26,105 nucleotides of DNA from a virus (Duplodnaviria > Caudoviricetes), in IMG/VR virus record IMGVR_UViG_3300005077_000095, positions 1 to 26,105 of that record; one strand, written 5' to 3'. The notes under the pieces are model-generated. The model was given only the letters and a program-made list of their open reading frames with translations. It made no database searches and was not told where the DNA came from. Made by a program: the position numbers and the translations under genes. Below, one piece after another: positions 9,116 to 18,780 of this stretch; position 1 is the stretch's first letter; every line of letters begins with the position of its first letter.

Positions 9116-12100
9116 TTATGCAGGACTATCACAGAACTTTACCCATTTCTTTACACCGTTAATTTGAATCTGAAACATACCTACTTCCGTACCCATACTA
9201 CTAGTTATAGTAACATTACTACCAGAACCAGCTGTTCCAATAATATTGAATATCGCTCTGTTAGAAACATTTTGAGTTAAAGTTAATACGGTTTTAGCAT
9301 CTGCTGCTGATGATGAAATGAAAACTTTACTTCCTGAAATAGCAGGAGCACCAAAGCCTACTGAATTTATTGAAGCGTCTGCTACAATAAGAGGATCAGC
9401 AGTTGTGCCTTTTACCGTAAACTTATTTGATGTACTATTGTGATTAATATAAATATCACCTAATTCATCAACATGAAATTTAGATTTAGCTGTTATTTCA
9501 TTAGTAGCAGTAGTTTTAATATCTAGAACTACACCATTATTACTTGAATTCCATTTAGTAGAACTTGTAGTTACAGTCATATTAAATGCTGCTACACCAC
9601 CAGAACCACCCATAGCTACTACACCAAGTAAAGAGTTAGCTTCTACAAAATTAGAAGGATCGTATTTAAAGAAATTCAAATAATTAATAAGACCAGTAAC
9701 AACACTCGAATTTAATTGAAGTAAACTTTTACCATCAGCAACTTCCATTTTTACATAATCACTACTATCTGTTAAAGTAGCAGTATAAATAGTACCGTAA
9801 GTCATTATATTTCTAGATGACGTTCTTGGTAATAATGTAGTATCCCATTGTTCTTGCCAAAATAAATCTGGATCGGCTAATGGAACTAACATACCTGTAG
9901 AATTAGTTCCATAATATTTATTAGCAGTATATGTAGTAAGTTCTACATATGGGACATAAAGTACTCCAATATTACTTAGAGCTAGCCTTTCAGTTAATAC
10001 TCCAGAACTTCTAAGATAAATTTTATATCTAGAACTCTCAGGAGATACTGTTTCCCATGAAACTTGTTGTCTAAGAACTTCTCTTGTTATGTTACTAAAA
10101 ATAGGAAGTGACATAGAAGTATAAAGTCCAAAGCCTGTTGCTGGAGTAGTACCATAAGCAACATCTCGATACCAATGTGTAACTTGAACCGCATTATTAA
10201 TAGATGTAGTACCCAATCTTCCAAATGAAGCTACACTACCTATATCTGTAGTAGATAGTGTATATGCATATAAAGCAATACCACCATTAGCTGTAGTTTG
10301 TAAACCATTTCCATTAACTGATAATATCGAAAGTCCAACACCATTTCCAGTATTAGATAAATATACAGTAGGGTCTGCAGATGCAGATACACATTTGATA
10401 TTATTACCAAGTGGTCCACTATTAGCTATAGCTAAACCATATGTGATACTAGATGCTCCATTGTAAGTAAGAAGTATTGTATCACCACCAGTTGTTGGAT
10501 ATAATATTCCATCTAATCTACTCCAATAACTATCTCCTGTTGAAGGAGCGGGTAGTGTAATAAGTTTATTATTACTATCAATACCAACATATGAACCAGT
10601 TGACTCTACAAGTCCTTTATTGAAGATAGTATTAGTAAAATTAATTGTAAATGTTTGAGCTTCATCATCAATCTTAATCCATTCATAATTACTATATATA
10701 GTAGGTCTACTATTTATACTACCTATATGAATAGGTTGAGTCTGATAACTATAACCAACATGTGTACTACCTTGTTTATATGACCATAGTTCAACATTAG
10801 CAAGGTATGTATTAAGACTTACAATGGGATAACTACTTGAAGGATCACCATCACCACCAAGTGTTAATACTCCTCTACTTAAATAATTAGCAGCCCCAGT
10901 AGTAAACATTGATGCATAAAGGTCACCATCATAAGTAAGTCTTGTATGAGCAGTTGGATATGAAGTATCAGTATTATAAAATTTCCCTGTTGTTTTATTT
11001 GTATAAGGTTTATATCTATCAGTACTCCATTGAAGAACATCGCTTACTGGAGTAATAGCTGGACTATCTACAAATGTAAGTATTTTATTAGTATCAATAT
11101 AAAGATATTTATTACCTGTACTAGCTTTAGTAAAAGTAATATTAGTAAAATTCATATTTAATATTCTATTGTAATCATCTAGTTTTAGATGTTCACCTCT
11201 GAAATTGCCAACTTCAGATATAGAACCTAAATATAAAGGTAGCGATCTTGCTAATGTTATATCTTCTGTTTTAATATTAGCATAAGCACTACTACCAGTA
11301 AATGTATATCTAGCATCTGATCTATGAACTCTTATCTCTCCAGAACTAGTTATTTGTGCATAAGATGTTCCAATATTTTGAATATTATTAGCATATAAAC
11401 TTGTAGCATATAATCCTGCATCAACATTAAGTCTTGTTATAACAGTAGGGTTACTTTGACCAGTATATAATGAAATTATAGTACCAGGTTTACCACCATA
11501 TGGTGCATATTCAGTACCAGTCCAATTTAATATATTACTATTAATAGTTATACTATTACTAGGAAGATCTTCAAAACTTACTTCGTATTGACCATTCAGC
11601 TTTAACCATTTATCAGGTGTACCACTAGGCATACGAAGTATATCGTACAAATTCCAAAATCTAAGATTACTATTATAAATAAGTTTATTATTACCATAAT
11701 AAAAATTAGAACTACCTCCAACTGTTGCTTGAATAGCAATAATTTTAGCATCGGCTGTATATAATCCGCCTTCTGTACTAGAAATTACATTCTTATTAGC
11801 AAGATGGATATAATTATTTGCAGCACCTACTGTACCATAACCATATAAATTATAAGCAGTAAGAGCACCACTTAAATACAATAATCCTGTACCATGTGGT
11901 GTAGCAACATTAGTATAAAATGCACCAGAGGTAGGTGTATTTCCAACAGTAGGTTGATTAAGATATGCAGTATATTTAGATGTACTACTATTCCAATAAA
12001 GAATATCATTAACTGGTACTGGACCAGTATTAGGTATAGCAGTATATGTAATGTCAAGATCATTATTTAATGTGAGCATCTTACCTTCTTGACCAATGGC

Positions 12101-12700
12101 TTTTGAAAGTCTAATATTACTCATTTCTATAGTAAAGCGTTTAGCATCATCATCTATGCTAATAAACTCTCTGTTGTTTGGAGAATGAGCATTACCATCA
12201 GCACCAATAACAATAATAGATGATCTATCTGTTACATAACTATTAATTAAAAATTCATTATTAATATGTTGTAATGTAGTAATTAAACTACCACTTGTAA
12301 TACTTAATCCAGTTGGAATAACATCCGTTTTAGTAGTAGCAGCAGTTCCACTAGTTAATTGATTAGCTATAAAATTACCATCTAAAAACAAACTATTATT
12401 AAAAGAAGGATATCCACCAGCTAAATATAGATATGCATAAGTAGGATCAATTAATTTTTTAGTAGCATATGGTTCTCCAGTAAGAACATCTGCTGTAATA
12501 GTATAGTTAAGAATACCAGGTGTAGCAGTAATAGGATTATAACCAGTAGTATTAGAACCAATTAATATTGCTAATTGTTCAATAGTGATACTTTGTGCTT
12601 CTGCAAACCCAGAATTATCAACAGCTAACTTCATTTGAAGTGTAGCTTGAAGAGCTTGAGTTAACTCAGTAATTCTTTTACCATCTATTACATAACTCAT
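9116..12700 (-). CDS. Long tail fibre protein with four internal ~155-175-aa repeats
   Basis: 1194 aa, rich in T/S/N/G/Y. N-terminal KRITELTQA motif typical of fibre N-termini. Repeated modules contain IL[NYQ]W...Y.PY...FY...PT..TRL..DG.LYA. The C-terminus ends FQIQINGVKKWVKF, a common fibre-tip ending. Confidence 0.75.
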   Translation of the reverse strand: MSYVIDGKRITELTQALQATLQMKLAVDNSGFAEAQSITIEQLAILIGSNTTGYNPITATPGILNYTITADVLTGEPYATKKLIDPTYAYLYLAGGYPSFNNSLFLDGNFIANQLTSGTAATTKTDVIPTGLSITSGSLITTLQHINNEFLINSYVTDRSSIIVIGADGNAHSPNNREFISIDDDAKRFTIEMSNIRLSKAIGQEGKMLTLNNDLDITYTAIPNTGPVPVNDILYWNSSTSKYTAYLNQPTVGNTPTSGAFYTNVATPHGTGLLYLSGALTAYNLYGYGTVGAANNYIHLANKNVISSTEGGLYTADAKIIAIQATVGGSSNFYYGNNKLIYNSNLRFWNLYDILRMPSGTPDKWLKLNGQYEVSFEDLPSNSITINSNILNWTGTEYAPYGGKPGTIISLYTGQSNPTVITRLNVDAGLYATSLYANNIQNIGTSYAQITSSGEIRVHRSDARYTFTGSSAYANIKTEDITLARSLPLYLGSISEVGNFRGEHLKLDDYNRILNMNFTNITFTKASTGNKYLYIDTNKILTFVDSPAITPVSDVLQWSTDRYKPYTNKTTGKFYNTDTSYPTAHTRLTYDGDLYASMFTTGAANYLSRGVLTLGGDGDPSSSYPIVSLNTYLANVELWSYKQGSTHVGYSYQTQPIHIGSINSRPTIYSNYEWIKIDDEAQTFTINFTNTIFNKGLVESTGSYVGIDSNNKLITLPAPSTGDSYWSRLDGILYPTTGGDTILLTYNGASSITYGLAIANSGPLGNNIKCVSASADPTVYLSNTGNGVGLSILSVNGNGLQTTANGGIALYAYTLSTTDIGSVASFGRLGTTSINNAVQVTHWYRDVAYGTTPATGFGLYTSMSLPIFSNITREVLRQQVSWETVSPESSRYKIYLRSSGVLTERLALSNIGVLYVPYVELTTYTANKYYGTNSTGMLVPLADPDLFWQEQWDTTLLPRTSSRNIMTYGTIYTATLTDSSDYVKMEVADGKSLLQLNSSVVTGLINYLNFFKYDPSNFVEANSLLGVVAMGGSGGVAAFNMTVTTSSTKWNSSNNGVVLDIKTTATNEITAKSKFHVDELGDIYINHNSTSNKFTVKGTTADPLIVADASINSVGFGAPAISGSKVFISSSAADAKTVLTLTQNVSNRAIFNIIGTAGSGSNVTITSSMGTEVGMFQIQINGVKKWVKFCDSPA
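10538..12535 (-). repeat. Four diverged protein-level repeats in the 1194-aa fibre (aa ~56-225, 227-382, 383-547, 548-721)
   Basis: Starts: PITATPGILNY, PVPVNDILYW, SITINSNILNW, AITPVSDVLQW. Three repeats share EFISIDDDAKRFTI / EHLKLDDYNRILNM / EWIKIDDEAQTFTI. All four end with a [KS]xLx[LI][ND]...P segment. Confidence 0.75.
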
Positions 12701-12712
12701 ATCAGTAGTATT

Positions 12713-13414
12713 TTATTGTTGAGTAACAGTAATAAAACCTTCATTGTAGAAATATTCGTAATTTTTAATGAACTCACGTGTAAGTTCACTAAATACTCTA
12801 CGTTCACTTTGATCCATTGTTCCTATATCATTTCTTGCACGTTTTACTGCTTTATCATAAAGCATTGCAGGATTAGTATAAGGGTTATTATTATTAAGAC
12901 TAAATATAGGATGTTTATATCCTTGATGAATCATCTTAACAAGAATTCCCCATTTAATACTTTCAAACACATGAATGTTATCGATAACTTTTGGCATAAC
13001 AACTTTATATTCATCTACTACTTCAACAGCTGGTATTTTATAATAAAAATCAGCAGTACCTGTTTCTACACCAAATGTAATATAAGTATTATTAAGAACA
13101 GAATATTTTGTAGCATGATTTATATCAGCACTATCAGCTGCAAATTTTTGATTACTAGCTAAATGTGGTGTTAATGGAATACCATTAACTACTAGCCTAG
13201 TAAGCATCTTAAGGTTAATAGGAATAAGACATTGATAATCTACAATAGACACACTAACTTTAACATCGTCCATTGATGGAAGAATATCCATATCAGCTAT
13301 TATATCAGCTATCCAAAGTGGAGCTTTAGCAATCCAATCAGAATTATCTAGTTGTAGATCATGTTCTATACGACCTATAACTTCAGCACCACTTGTAAAT
13401 GTTACTATTCCCAT
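12713..13414 (-). CDS. Tail tubular / ring (head-tail adaptor) protein, P22 gp4-like crAss 'Ttub'
   Basis: 233 aa, starting FTSGAEVIGRIEHDLQLDNSDWIAKAPLWIAD, with YITFGVETG, MPKVIDN and GYKHPIFSL motifs typical of crAss ring proteins. Its start overlaps the upstream stop (TAATG). Confidence 0.7.
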   Translation of the reverse strand: MGIVTFTSGAEVIGRIEHDLQLDNSDWIAKAPLWIADIIADMDILPSMDDVKVSVSIVDYQCLIPINLKMLTRLVVNGIPLTPHLASNQKFAADSADINHATKYSVLNNTYITFGVETGTADFYYKIPAVEVVDEYKVVMPKVIDNIHVFESIKWGILVKMIHQGYKHPIFSLNNNNPYTNPAMLYDKAVKRARNDIGTMDQSERRVFSELTREFIKNYEYFYNEGFITVTQQ

Positions 13415-14277
13415 TATGATTGAAATTTTAATGCGTAAGACGGATCATGCTTTAATATAACATTCAGTTTAGTAGAGAAACCAAGTTTATTATTATTAAT
13501 GATATCTTCTACATCTACATCCTCATCCAATACATCAGAAATAACTCTATTCTTAGTATTAATAAAACTAGTAGGTTCAAATTTAAAAAACTTAATAAAC
13601 TTATTAACACATACAGATATTTGCCAATTAATATAATGAATAATAGGTTCATCGTGATAAATAAACCATTTACGACCAGTAGGTTCTGTTTCTTTGTTAT
13701 AAACTTTTATACCGTTATCAATAAGAGCTTTCTTAAATTTATTACTTTCTTCCCAATTGATAGACCTATCTACAGGATGACCATCACTATCAAATTTTCG
13801 TTCAACTCTATCAACTTGAATATTACCAATTCTAATAACACCAAGTCCTAATTTAAAGCTATACCCTCTAAGTATAGATTTAGACATTTCTAAATTAATA
13901 GCAGTATTAAGACAATTAAATGAATTATAAGGCATACGCATAGCTGTATAAATAGCAAGCCGTTCATTACTTTTATAAAGTCTTTGAAGTGATATGAATA
14001 AGATACGAGATTTGAACTTTAAAAGTTCATATTTATTATGTTTCGTATCAGCTGTAATATATCCATAAACATGATTGAGTGTAGGTAATTTATCACTCTT
14101 AATTAAATTAATAAGACTAATTATATTAGTATTAAAACCTTTCTTTTCTAACATAGATAAATCAGAAATACAAGACTCAATATTAGCTTTTAAACTATCA
14201 TTAAGCTCTACTTCACGATGATAAAGTTTATTAACTTTATTATCATATGGTTCATATATGGTATTAATAGATTTCAT
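13414..14277 (-). CDS. crAss-family IHF/HU-like protein
   Basis: 287 aa, basic. The C-terminal half has ILRGYSFKLGLGVIRI...INWEESNKFKKALIDNG...KWFIYHD...INW, matching the conserved crAss 'IHF-like' gene that sits next to the tail tubular gene. Confidence 0.6.
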   Translation of the reverse strand: MKSINTIYEPYDNKVNKLYHREVELNDSLKANIESCISDLSMLEKKGFNTNIISLINLIKSDKLPTLNHVYGYITADTKHNKYELLKFKSRILFISLQRLYKSNERLAIYTAMRMPYNSFNCLNTAINLEMSKSILRGYSFKLGLGVIRIGNIQVDRVERKFDSDGHPVDRSINWEESNKFKKALIDNGIKVYNKETEPTGRKWFIYHDEPIIHYINWQISVCVNKFIKFFKFEPTSFINTKNRVISDVLDEDVDVEDIINNNKLGFSTKLNVILKHDPSYALKFQS

Positions 14278-14954
14278 TATGCATTATCAAGATGTGTGGC
14301 TTCAATTTTATCTTTACTGTCAGTAACACTAAGTTCTCCCTGTAGGAGAGTAAGTTTAATTTGTTCAACTAAATCTTGTGTGATAGGAAACTCACGATCA
14401 TCATCGAAAATAAATTCACCGAATTCATCAGGATGAGATGCTACTCTGGGATCAAAAGGAACTTGTTGAACTAATATTGTAGTAAAAGGAATTGGTTGTG
14501 GAGGTTCGCTACCTGTAAATAACTCAGGTGGATTCCAAATAATAATACGATCTTCATGAAAATCATATGATGGTACATTACCAACATTAGGTAACAAACT
14601 AGTATATTTTCTACTATGCTTGTTCCTATAAGAAAAAGGAATATCTCCTTCTACAGTACCAACATAAACAAATGGACAATTAGTATCGTATCTAAGTGGT
14701 CTAGGTATTTTGTTTTTAGTAATAATATATGGTCGAGCCAATGTAATACCCTCAATAGTACTAACACTTTCTAGTTCTGTAATGTAGTACGAGTAAACAA
14801 ACTCTTTATCTATTCCGTAAGATGTAATACTCCTACTCACAAAAAGTGAGAAAGTTTGTATTACAAGATCTTTCAATCTAGCACGAAGCATAGAATCAAT
14901 AGGTCTGTTAAGAGCATCTCCAAGTTGAGTGATAATACTATTGAGAGTAGCCAT
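14277..14954 (-). CDS. Tail ring protein (crAss conserved structural protein)
   Basis: 225 aa, starting MATLNSIITQLGDAL, with TKNKIPRPLR...PFVYVG, PFDP and DDDREFPITQDLVEQIK, typical of crAss ring proteins. Its stop overlaps the next start (TAATG). Confidence 0.7.
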   Translation of the reverse strand: MATLNSIITQLGDALNRPIDSMLRARLKDLVIQTFSLFVSRSITSYGIDKEFVYSYYITELESVSTIEGITLARPYIITKNKIPRPLRYDTNCPFVYVGTVEGDIPFSYRNKHSRKYTSLLPNVGNVPSYDFHEDRIIIWNPPELFTGSEPPQPIPFTTILVQQVPFDPRVASHPDEFGEFIFDDDREFPITQDLVEQIKLTLLQGELSVTDSKDKIEATHLDNA

Positions 14955-14963
14955 TGGTTTTAG

Positions 14964-15353
14964 TTAATTAGTTTCGTCTTGTATATCATTATTAATAGCA
15001 CCAACTAGACGATTAAGAGTTTGATCTGTTTTAGAAAGTTTCTCTAAGATCATAGTGTGATCATGAAGGTTTTCAGTTCGTATAAGAAGAATGTTTTCAG
15101 CATTTACTTTCCTACCTTCTTCAAGTGATACGATCCTACTATTAAGCTCTAACCAAGCACCACCAATAGCTAGAAAAATAGTGGCTATAGCATAAAGCTG
15201 TCCAAATGTCAGTCCAAGTTTAGTTTCTTTTTCAGGAGCCATTAGTTTTACAAGTTTATGTAGAGTTTCATTGAGATAGAGTTTTACAGGCACATTTGGA
15301 CTAAGTACATACTGTTGCAAGCGACTAGTAGCATGAACGTTAGTCTTATCCAT
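14964..15353 (-). CDS. Single-TM protein with C-terminal coiled coil (possibly lysis-related); the start may be the internal Met38
   Basis: 129 aa. Hydrophobic segment LYAIATIFLAIGGAWL followed by heptad-like RIVSLEEG...ILEKLSKTDQTLNRL. Confidence 0.5.
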   Translation of the reverse strand: MDKTNVHATSRLQQYVLSPNVPVKLYLNETLHKLVKLMAPEKETKLGLTFGQLYAIATIFLAIGGAWLELNSRIVSLEEGRKVNAENILLIRTENLHDHTMILEKLSKTDQTLNRLVGAINNDIQDETN

Positions 15354-15365
15354 AGTTTTTGCATA

Positions 15366-16631
15366 TTATTTAGGTTGCTGTTGTTGTGCAATTTGAGCCA
15401 TTACAGTTTGATAAAGTTGAGGATTGTTAGTAGATACAATATCTTGTACAGCAAGTGTAACTATTTGAGGATGTAGATTAGGGTTTAAATCGGGTTCTGT
15501 ACCAGCTACTGAATCTACTGTAACGGGAGGTCGAACATAAATGATTTCAGCTTTTGCAATAGAATACTTATTATCATGGTAAATTTGAACTTTACCATCA
15601 CCAAAAGTAGCTAATGGGCTACTTGCTGTAGACCCATAGCTGTGTTCAAGCATAGAAGCTATATCATGAGGTTTAACAAGTCGGCAAGGAGAATTAGTTA
15701 GAATTTCTAGAATTGCGGTTGAATCTGTACTCCAAGTAGGTATTCCATTATTAGTTGCTACAAAAATATAATCTTTTTCAACATTATTCCATTCAGAACC
15801 AAAATTGATAAGATCATCAAATTCTCCAGCAACACGAACCTTATAATAAGTTCCTTTTTGAAGTCGAATACCATTACTTTCACTAACAAGTTTATTGGTA
15901 CTAATTAAAGTGTTAACAGCAATGTGATCAAAGAAATCAAGATTTTTAAGAGCAACAAGTTTTACATTACTCCAAGTTGATGGTACATGACCTAATATAC
16001 GAAGTTTAGTTTCACCATTATTGCTACTTACCAAACTCCAATTATGATTTTGAGAAGCAATAAATATTGTTCCTACATCATTATTAGGTGCACCATATTC
16101 AGTAAAATCAATACCATCAGAGCGTATGATTTCATAACGAATATCTTGATATATACGAAACTCGTCAACTCCGCTGTTATCATAATAAATTTCAATTGAA
16201 GGTTCAAGGTATAATAAATCATCTTCAATGTAAGTGACATCAGGATAAAGATCCATATTGGTAATGGTATTTATATTACCAACCTCTTCAACCTTATATC
16301 TAATACCTGCGATGATTTCATCACCACTGCTACCTATAACTGAAAGATATCGTGGTAAATTATATTCATTATATCTACCACGATTAGTAGGATCAAGTAA
16401 TGTTTTAGTAATTAAAAATGGTTCTAAAACATTATAAAATGCAGTTATATCAGCATAACTCTCAGTATTAACAATACTATGACGAGCATCTTCTGCTGTT
16501 TTATGAACAAGATTAACAATAGCTTTATTAAGTATATAATCCTTCTCTTCAGGAAGAAGTCTACCTAACATACTACTATTATATAGCTTCAATGCAACAT
16601 CAATACCAATATGAAGTTCTTTTGTAGTCAT
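15366..16631 (-). CDS. Tail ring protein (crAss gene-73-like) enlarged by inserted small beta domains
   Basis: 421 aa. Ring-type N-terminus MTTKELHIGIDVAL...LLPEEKDYILNKA and C-terminus AEIIYVRPP...PDLNPNLHPQIVTLAV, with extra sequence across aa ~96-312. Confidence 0.7.
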   Translation of the reverse strand: MTTKELHIGIDVALKLYNSSMLGRLLPEEKDYILNKAIVNLVHKTAEDARHSIVNTESYADITAFYNVLEPFLITKTLLDPTNRGRYNEYNLPRYLSVIGSSGDEIIAGIRYKVEEVGNINTITNMDLYPDVTYIEDDLLYLEPSIEIYYDNSGVDEFRIYQDIRYEIIRSDGIDFTEYGAPNNDVGTIFIASQNHNWSLVSSNNGETKLRILGHVPSTWSNVKLVALKNLDFFDHIAVNTLISTNKLVSESNGIRLQKGTYYKVRVAGEFDDLINFGSEWNNVEKDYIFVATNNGIPTWSTDSTAILEILTNSPCRLVKPHDIASMLEHSYGSTASSPLATFGDGKVQIYHDNKYSIAKAEIIYVRPPVTVDSVAGTEPDLNPNLHPQIVTLAVQDIVSTNNPQLYQTVMAQIAQQQQPK

Positions 16632-16646
16632 AGTATTATTAAATTA

Positions 16647-16674
16647 AGCACCCTCTTAATTAAAAGAGGGTGCT
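16647..16674 (-). terminator. Intergenic GC-rich hairpin, probable intrinsic (leaky) terminator or mRNA-stabilising stem
   Basis: Perfect 11-bp inverted repeat agcaccctctt (16647-16657), 6-nt loop, aagagggtgct (16664-16674), just downstream of the 335-aa gene. On the minus strand it is followed by TAATTTAAT, an imperfect U-tract. Confidence 0.7.
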
Positions 16675-16691
16675 AGTTATCCAAGTAGTTT

Positions 16692-17699
16692 TTAGTAAGA
16701 GGCAGCATTCAAAACGGTATTCAAATTCGTAAGGACTGCACTAACAACTGTATCAGTTGATGCTAAAGCAAATGTCCATTTCGAAATTGGATTCGTAACC
16801 TCAATAAGATTGCTAATATTATTTGGAGCTTTACACTCAATAGTAACAGTCTTATATGTTACACCTGTTTCAAGACGAGAAGAAAGAGTGAAGATTTTAG
16901 TACCACGAGCAGTAGTAAGACCTTGATCACCAATATAAGCATTGGTATCAAGTTCTAACTGCCTCAGTTGTGAATATAGGTTAGCACCTATAGCAAACAA
17001 CTGAAGGTTAGCAGTTGTAAGTCCTGCAACATAACCTTTGGTAACACCACTTGATTTTGCAACAAGAACTTCGGTATAAGCAATAATATCTGAATTGCTA
17101 AGAATACCAGATGTAGCAACAGAGAAGTTAACACCTGCAGCACCAACAAAAGCTACGCCATTGGTATAAGCAGGACCTGTAACAGCAGTTGCACTTGCTA
17201 TACATTTTCTAGTATCAGCATTAATTTTAGCAATAAGACGAGCCATATACTGAGTATGAGTTTCGCCAGCAATTGCGACCTCCTCATAATTACGTACACG
17301 ACTTCCATCATCATGCCTTTTAGAAAGATCAATGATTTGAATACCACCAACTGTTCCACCAACAAGTATAGTAGGAAGGTTGATACTGTATGTGGATTCA
17401 CCAGTAACATTGTTACCAATACACATCTTCTTTACAGCAGCTGCGACATTAGCACTAGTACTATATTTGAATTCACGTGGATAGATAGTACCCATACAAA
17501 TGGGACCAGTTTCAGAATTACCTTGCCATATGGTAGCTTCACTGAAACCTGTTGTACCAGAAGCAATAAGTGCTCCAGCTTCTGTAAAACAAGCAACTGC
17601 ACCATGTGCAAGATTGTTGATAGTATCAAGAGTAACAGTACCTCCAGAACCGTTACTGGCATAAGCCATTCCAGATTTATTTACGACTAACTTTTCCAT
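16692..17699 (-). CDS. Conserved crAss capsid-module structural protein (gene-74 position; possible auxiliary capsid protein)
   Basis: 335 aa, A/G/T/S-rich. Second gene after the MCP and followed by a hairpin, as expected for an abundant virion protein. Function is inferred from position only. Confidence 0.5.
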   Translation of the reverse strand: MEKLVVNKSGMAYASNGSGGTVTLDTINNLAHGAVACFTEAGALIASGTTGFSEATIWQGNSETGPICMGTIYPREFKYSTSANVAAAVKKMCIGNNVTGESTYSINLPTILVGGTVGGIQIIDLSKRHDDGSRVRNYEEVAIAGETHTQYMARLIAKINADTRKCIASATAVTGPAYTNGVAFVGAAGVNFSVATSGILSNSDIIAYTEVLVAKSSGVTKGYVAGLTTANLQLFAIGANLYSQLRQLELDTNAYIGDQGLTTARGTKIFTLSSRLETGVTYKTVTIECKAPNNISNLIEVTNPISKWTFALASTDTVVSAVLTNLNTVLNAASY

Positions 17700-17708
17700 A
17701 ATAGGATG

Positions 17709-18728
17709 TTAAGATTTAAGTTTGAGTGATTTGTACTTTGCAGCATATTCACTAACTATATCTTTGTTAATTGAAGAAGCAAAATACGCAAGTTGTTCCT
17801 CTACGTTATTACCAATAATAATTTCAGGATTTGTTCCATCAACTACGATTGGCGTACCTTCAAGTCTGCGAAGAATTCCCTCTTTAATATAACGTTCGAT
17901 TTTAGCAAGTGTTTTTAGATTAGTAGATTTGGCTACTGCAATAAACTCATCTGGAGTATCTATTGATATACGTTCAAGAAGTTGTTCTCTAGCAATCTTA
18001 ACTTCATCTTCAGGGGTATCATAAGGGATATCCCGTTTAAGAACGAAAAGAATATCAACAACAGTAGTTGCATTTGAAATCGTTTCAAGATAAAGCTTTT
18101 TAGCTTCATTCTTAGTACGATGTATTGATTCTCTTTCCTTCTTAGCATCAGTTTCATCAATAAGATAAAACTTAATGTTTGCAGACTTTTCAACAAGATT
18201 CTTATTGTTAGCTACAAAAGAATGATTAAGTGAAAATTGCCATAGTAAAAATTGAGCAACATCAATAGGAACTCCATAACGATAACGATGTTCTACAGGT
18301 ACATTTAGAGTACCATCTTTCATAACTCCCATAACAAATGTTCCAAGTGATTCATCACTTTTACGAATGTCTTCAGGTAGTTTAGAAATAAACTCTTTAC
18401 GAATAGGATCACCGTCTTCGACATCGAATGACATACCGACTTCCCATGTTTCACTAGGAAAAGGAATGCGATGTGACAGACTATTCCAATAGTTAGCTAC
18501 ACTCGCACTCCAATTCGGATCGTGATTTCCATTAGGACTAGTACCAAGTATGCTAGGCATAAGAGCTTTGAGTTCTTCAGTATGGCGAAGCATAGCAGTA
18601 ATACCACTTCTACTAACACCAAGTGGGCGACTGCGTAAGGTTTGGTCAATGACCCCTTTATTAGCAAGCTCAAAATAATCTGAACTAGGACGCCACATTA
18701 TTTGGATTTTCTTTTTAATCTCGATCAT
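17709..18728 (-). CDS. Conserved crAss protein downstream of the MCP (gene-75-like), function unknown
   Basis: 339 aa with LMPSILGTSPN, YWNSLS, YGVPIDVAQFLLWQFSLNHSFVAN, IKFYLID and PDEFIAVAKSTNLKTLAKIERYIKEGILRR. Lies immediately after the MCP. Confidence 0.65.
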   Translation of the reverse strand: MIEIKKKIQIMWRPSSDYFELANKGVIDQTLRSRPLGVSRSGITAMLRHTEELKALMPSILGTSPNGNHDPNWSASVANYWNSLSHRIPFPSETWEVGMSFDVEDGDPIRKEFISKLPEDIRKSDESLGTFVMGVMKDGTLNVPVEHRYRYGVPIDVAQFLLWQFSLNHSFVANNKNLVEKSANIKFYLIDETDAKKERESIHRTKNEAKKLYLETISNATTVVDILFVLKRDIPYDTPEDEVKIAREQLLERISIDTPDEFIAVAKSTNLKTLAKIERYIKEGILRRLEGTPIVVDGTNPEIIIGNNVEEQLAYFASSINKDIVSEYAAKYKSLKLKS

Positions 18729-18780
18729 GATTGAATAGATTATAAGTTATTATATCTTTTATTAATCTAGGATTATTACT

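Noticed and set aside
4457-12700. Diversity-generating retroelement or invertible shufflon acting on the fibre genes
   Set aside because: No reverse transcriptase or recombinase gene in the window, and I saw no near-identical TR/VR pair or flanking inverted repeats. A remote template repeat outside the window cannot be excluded.
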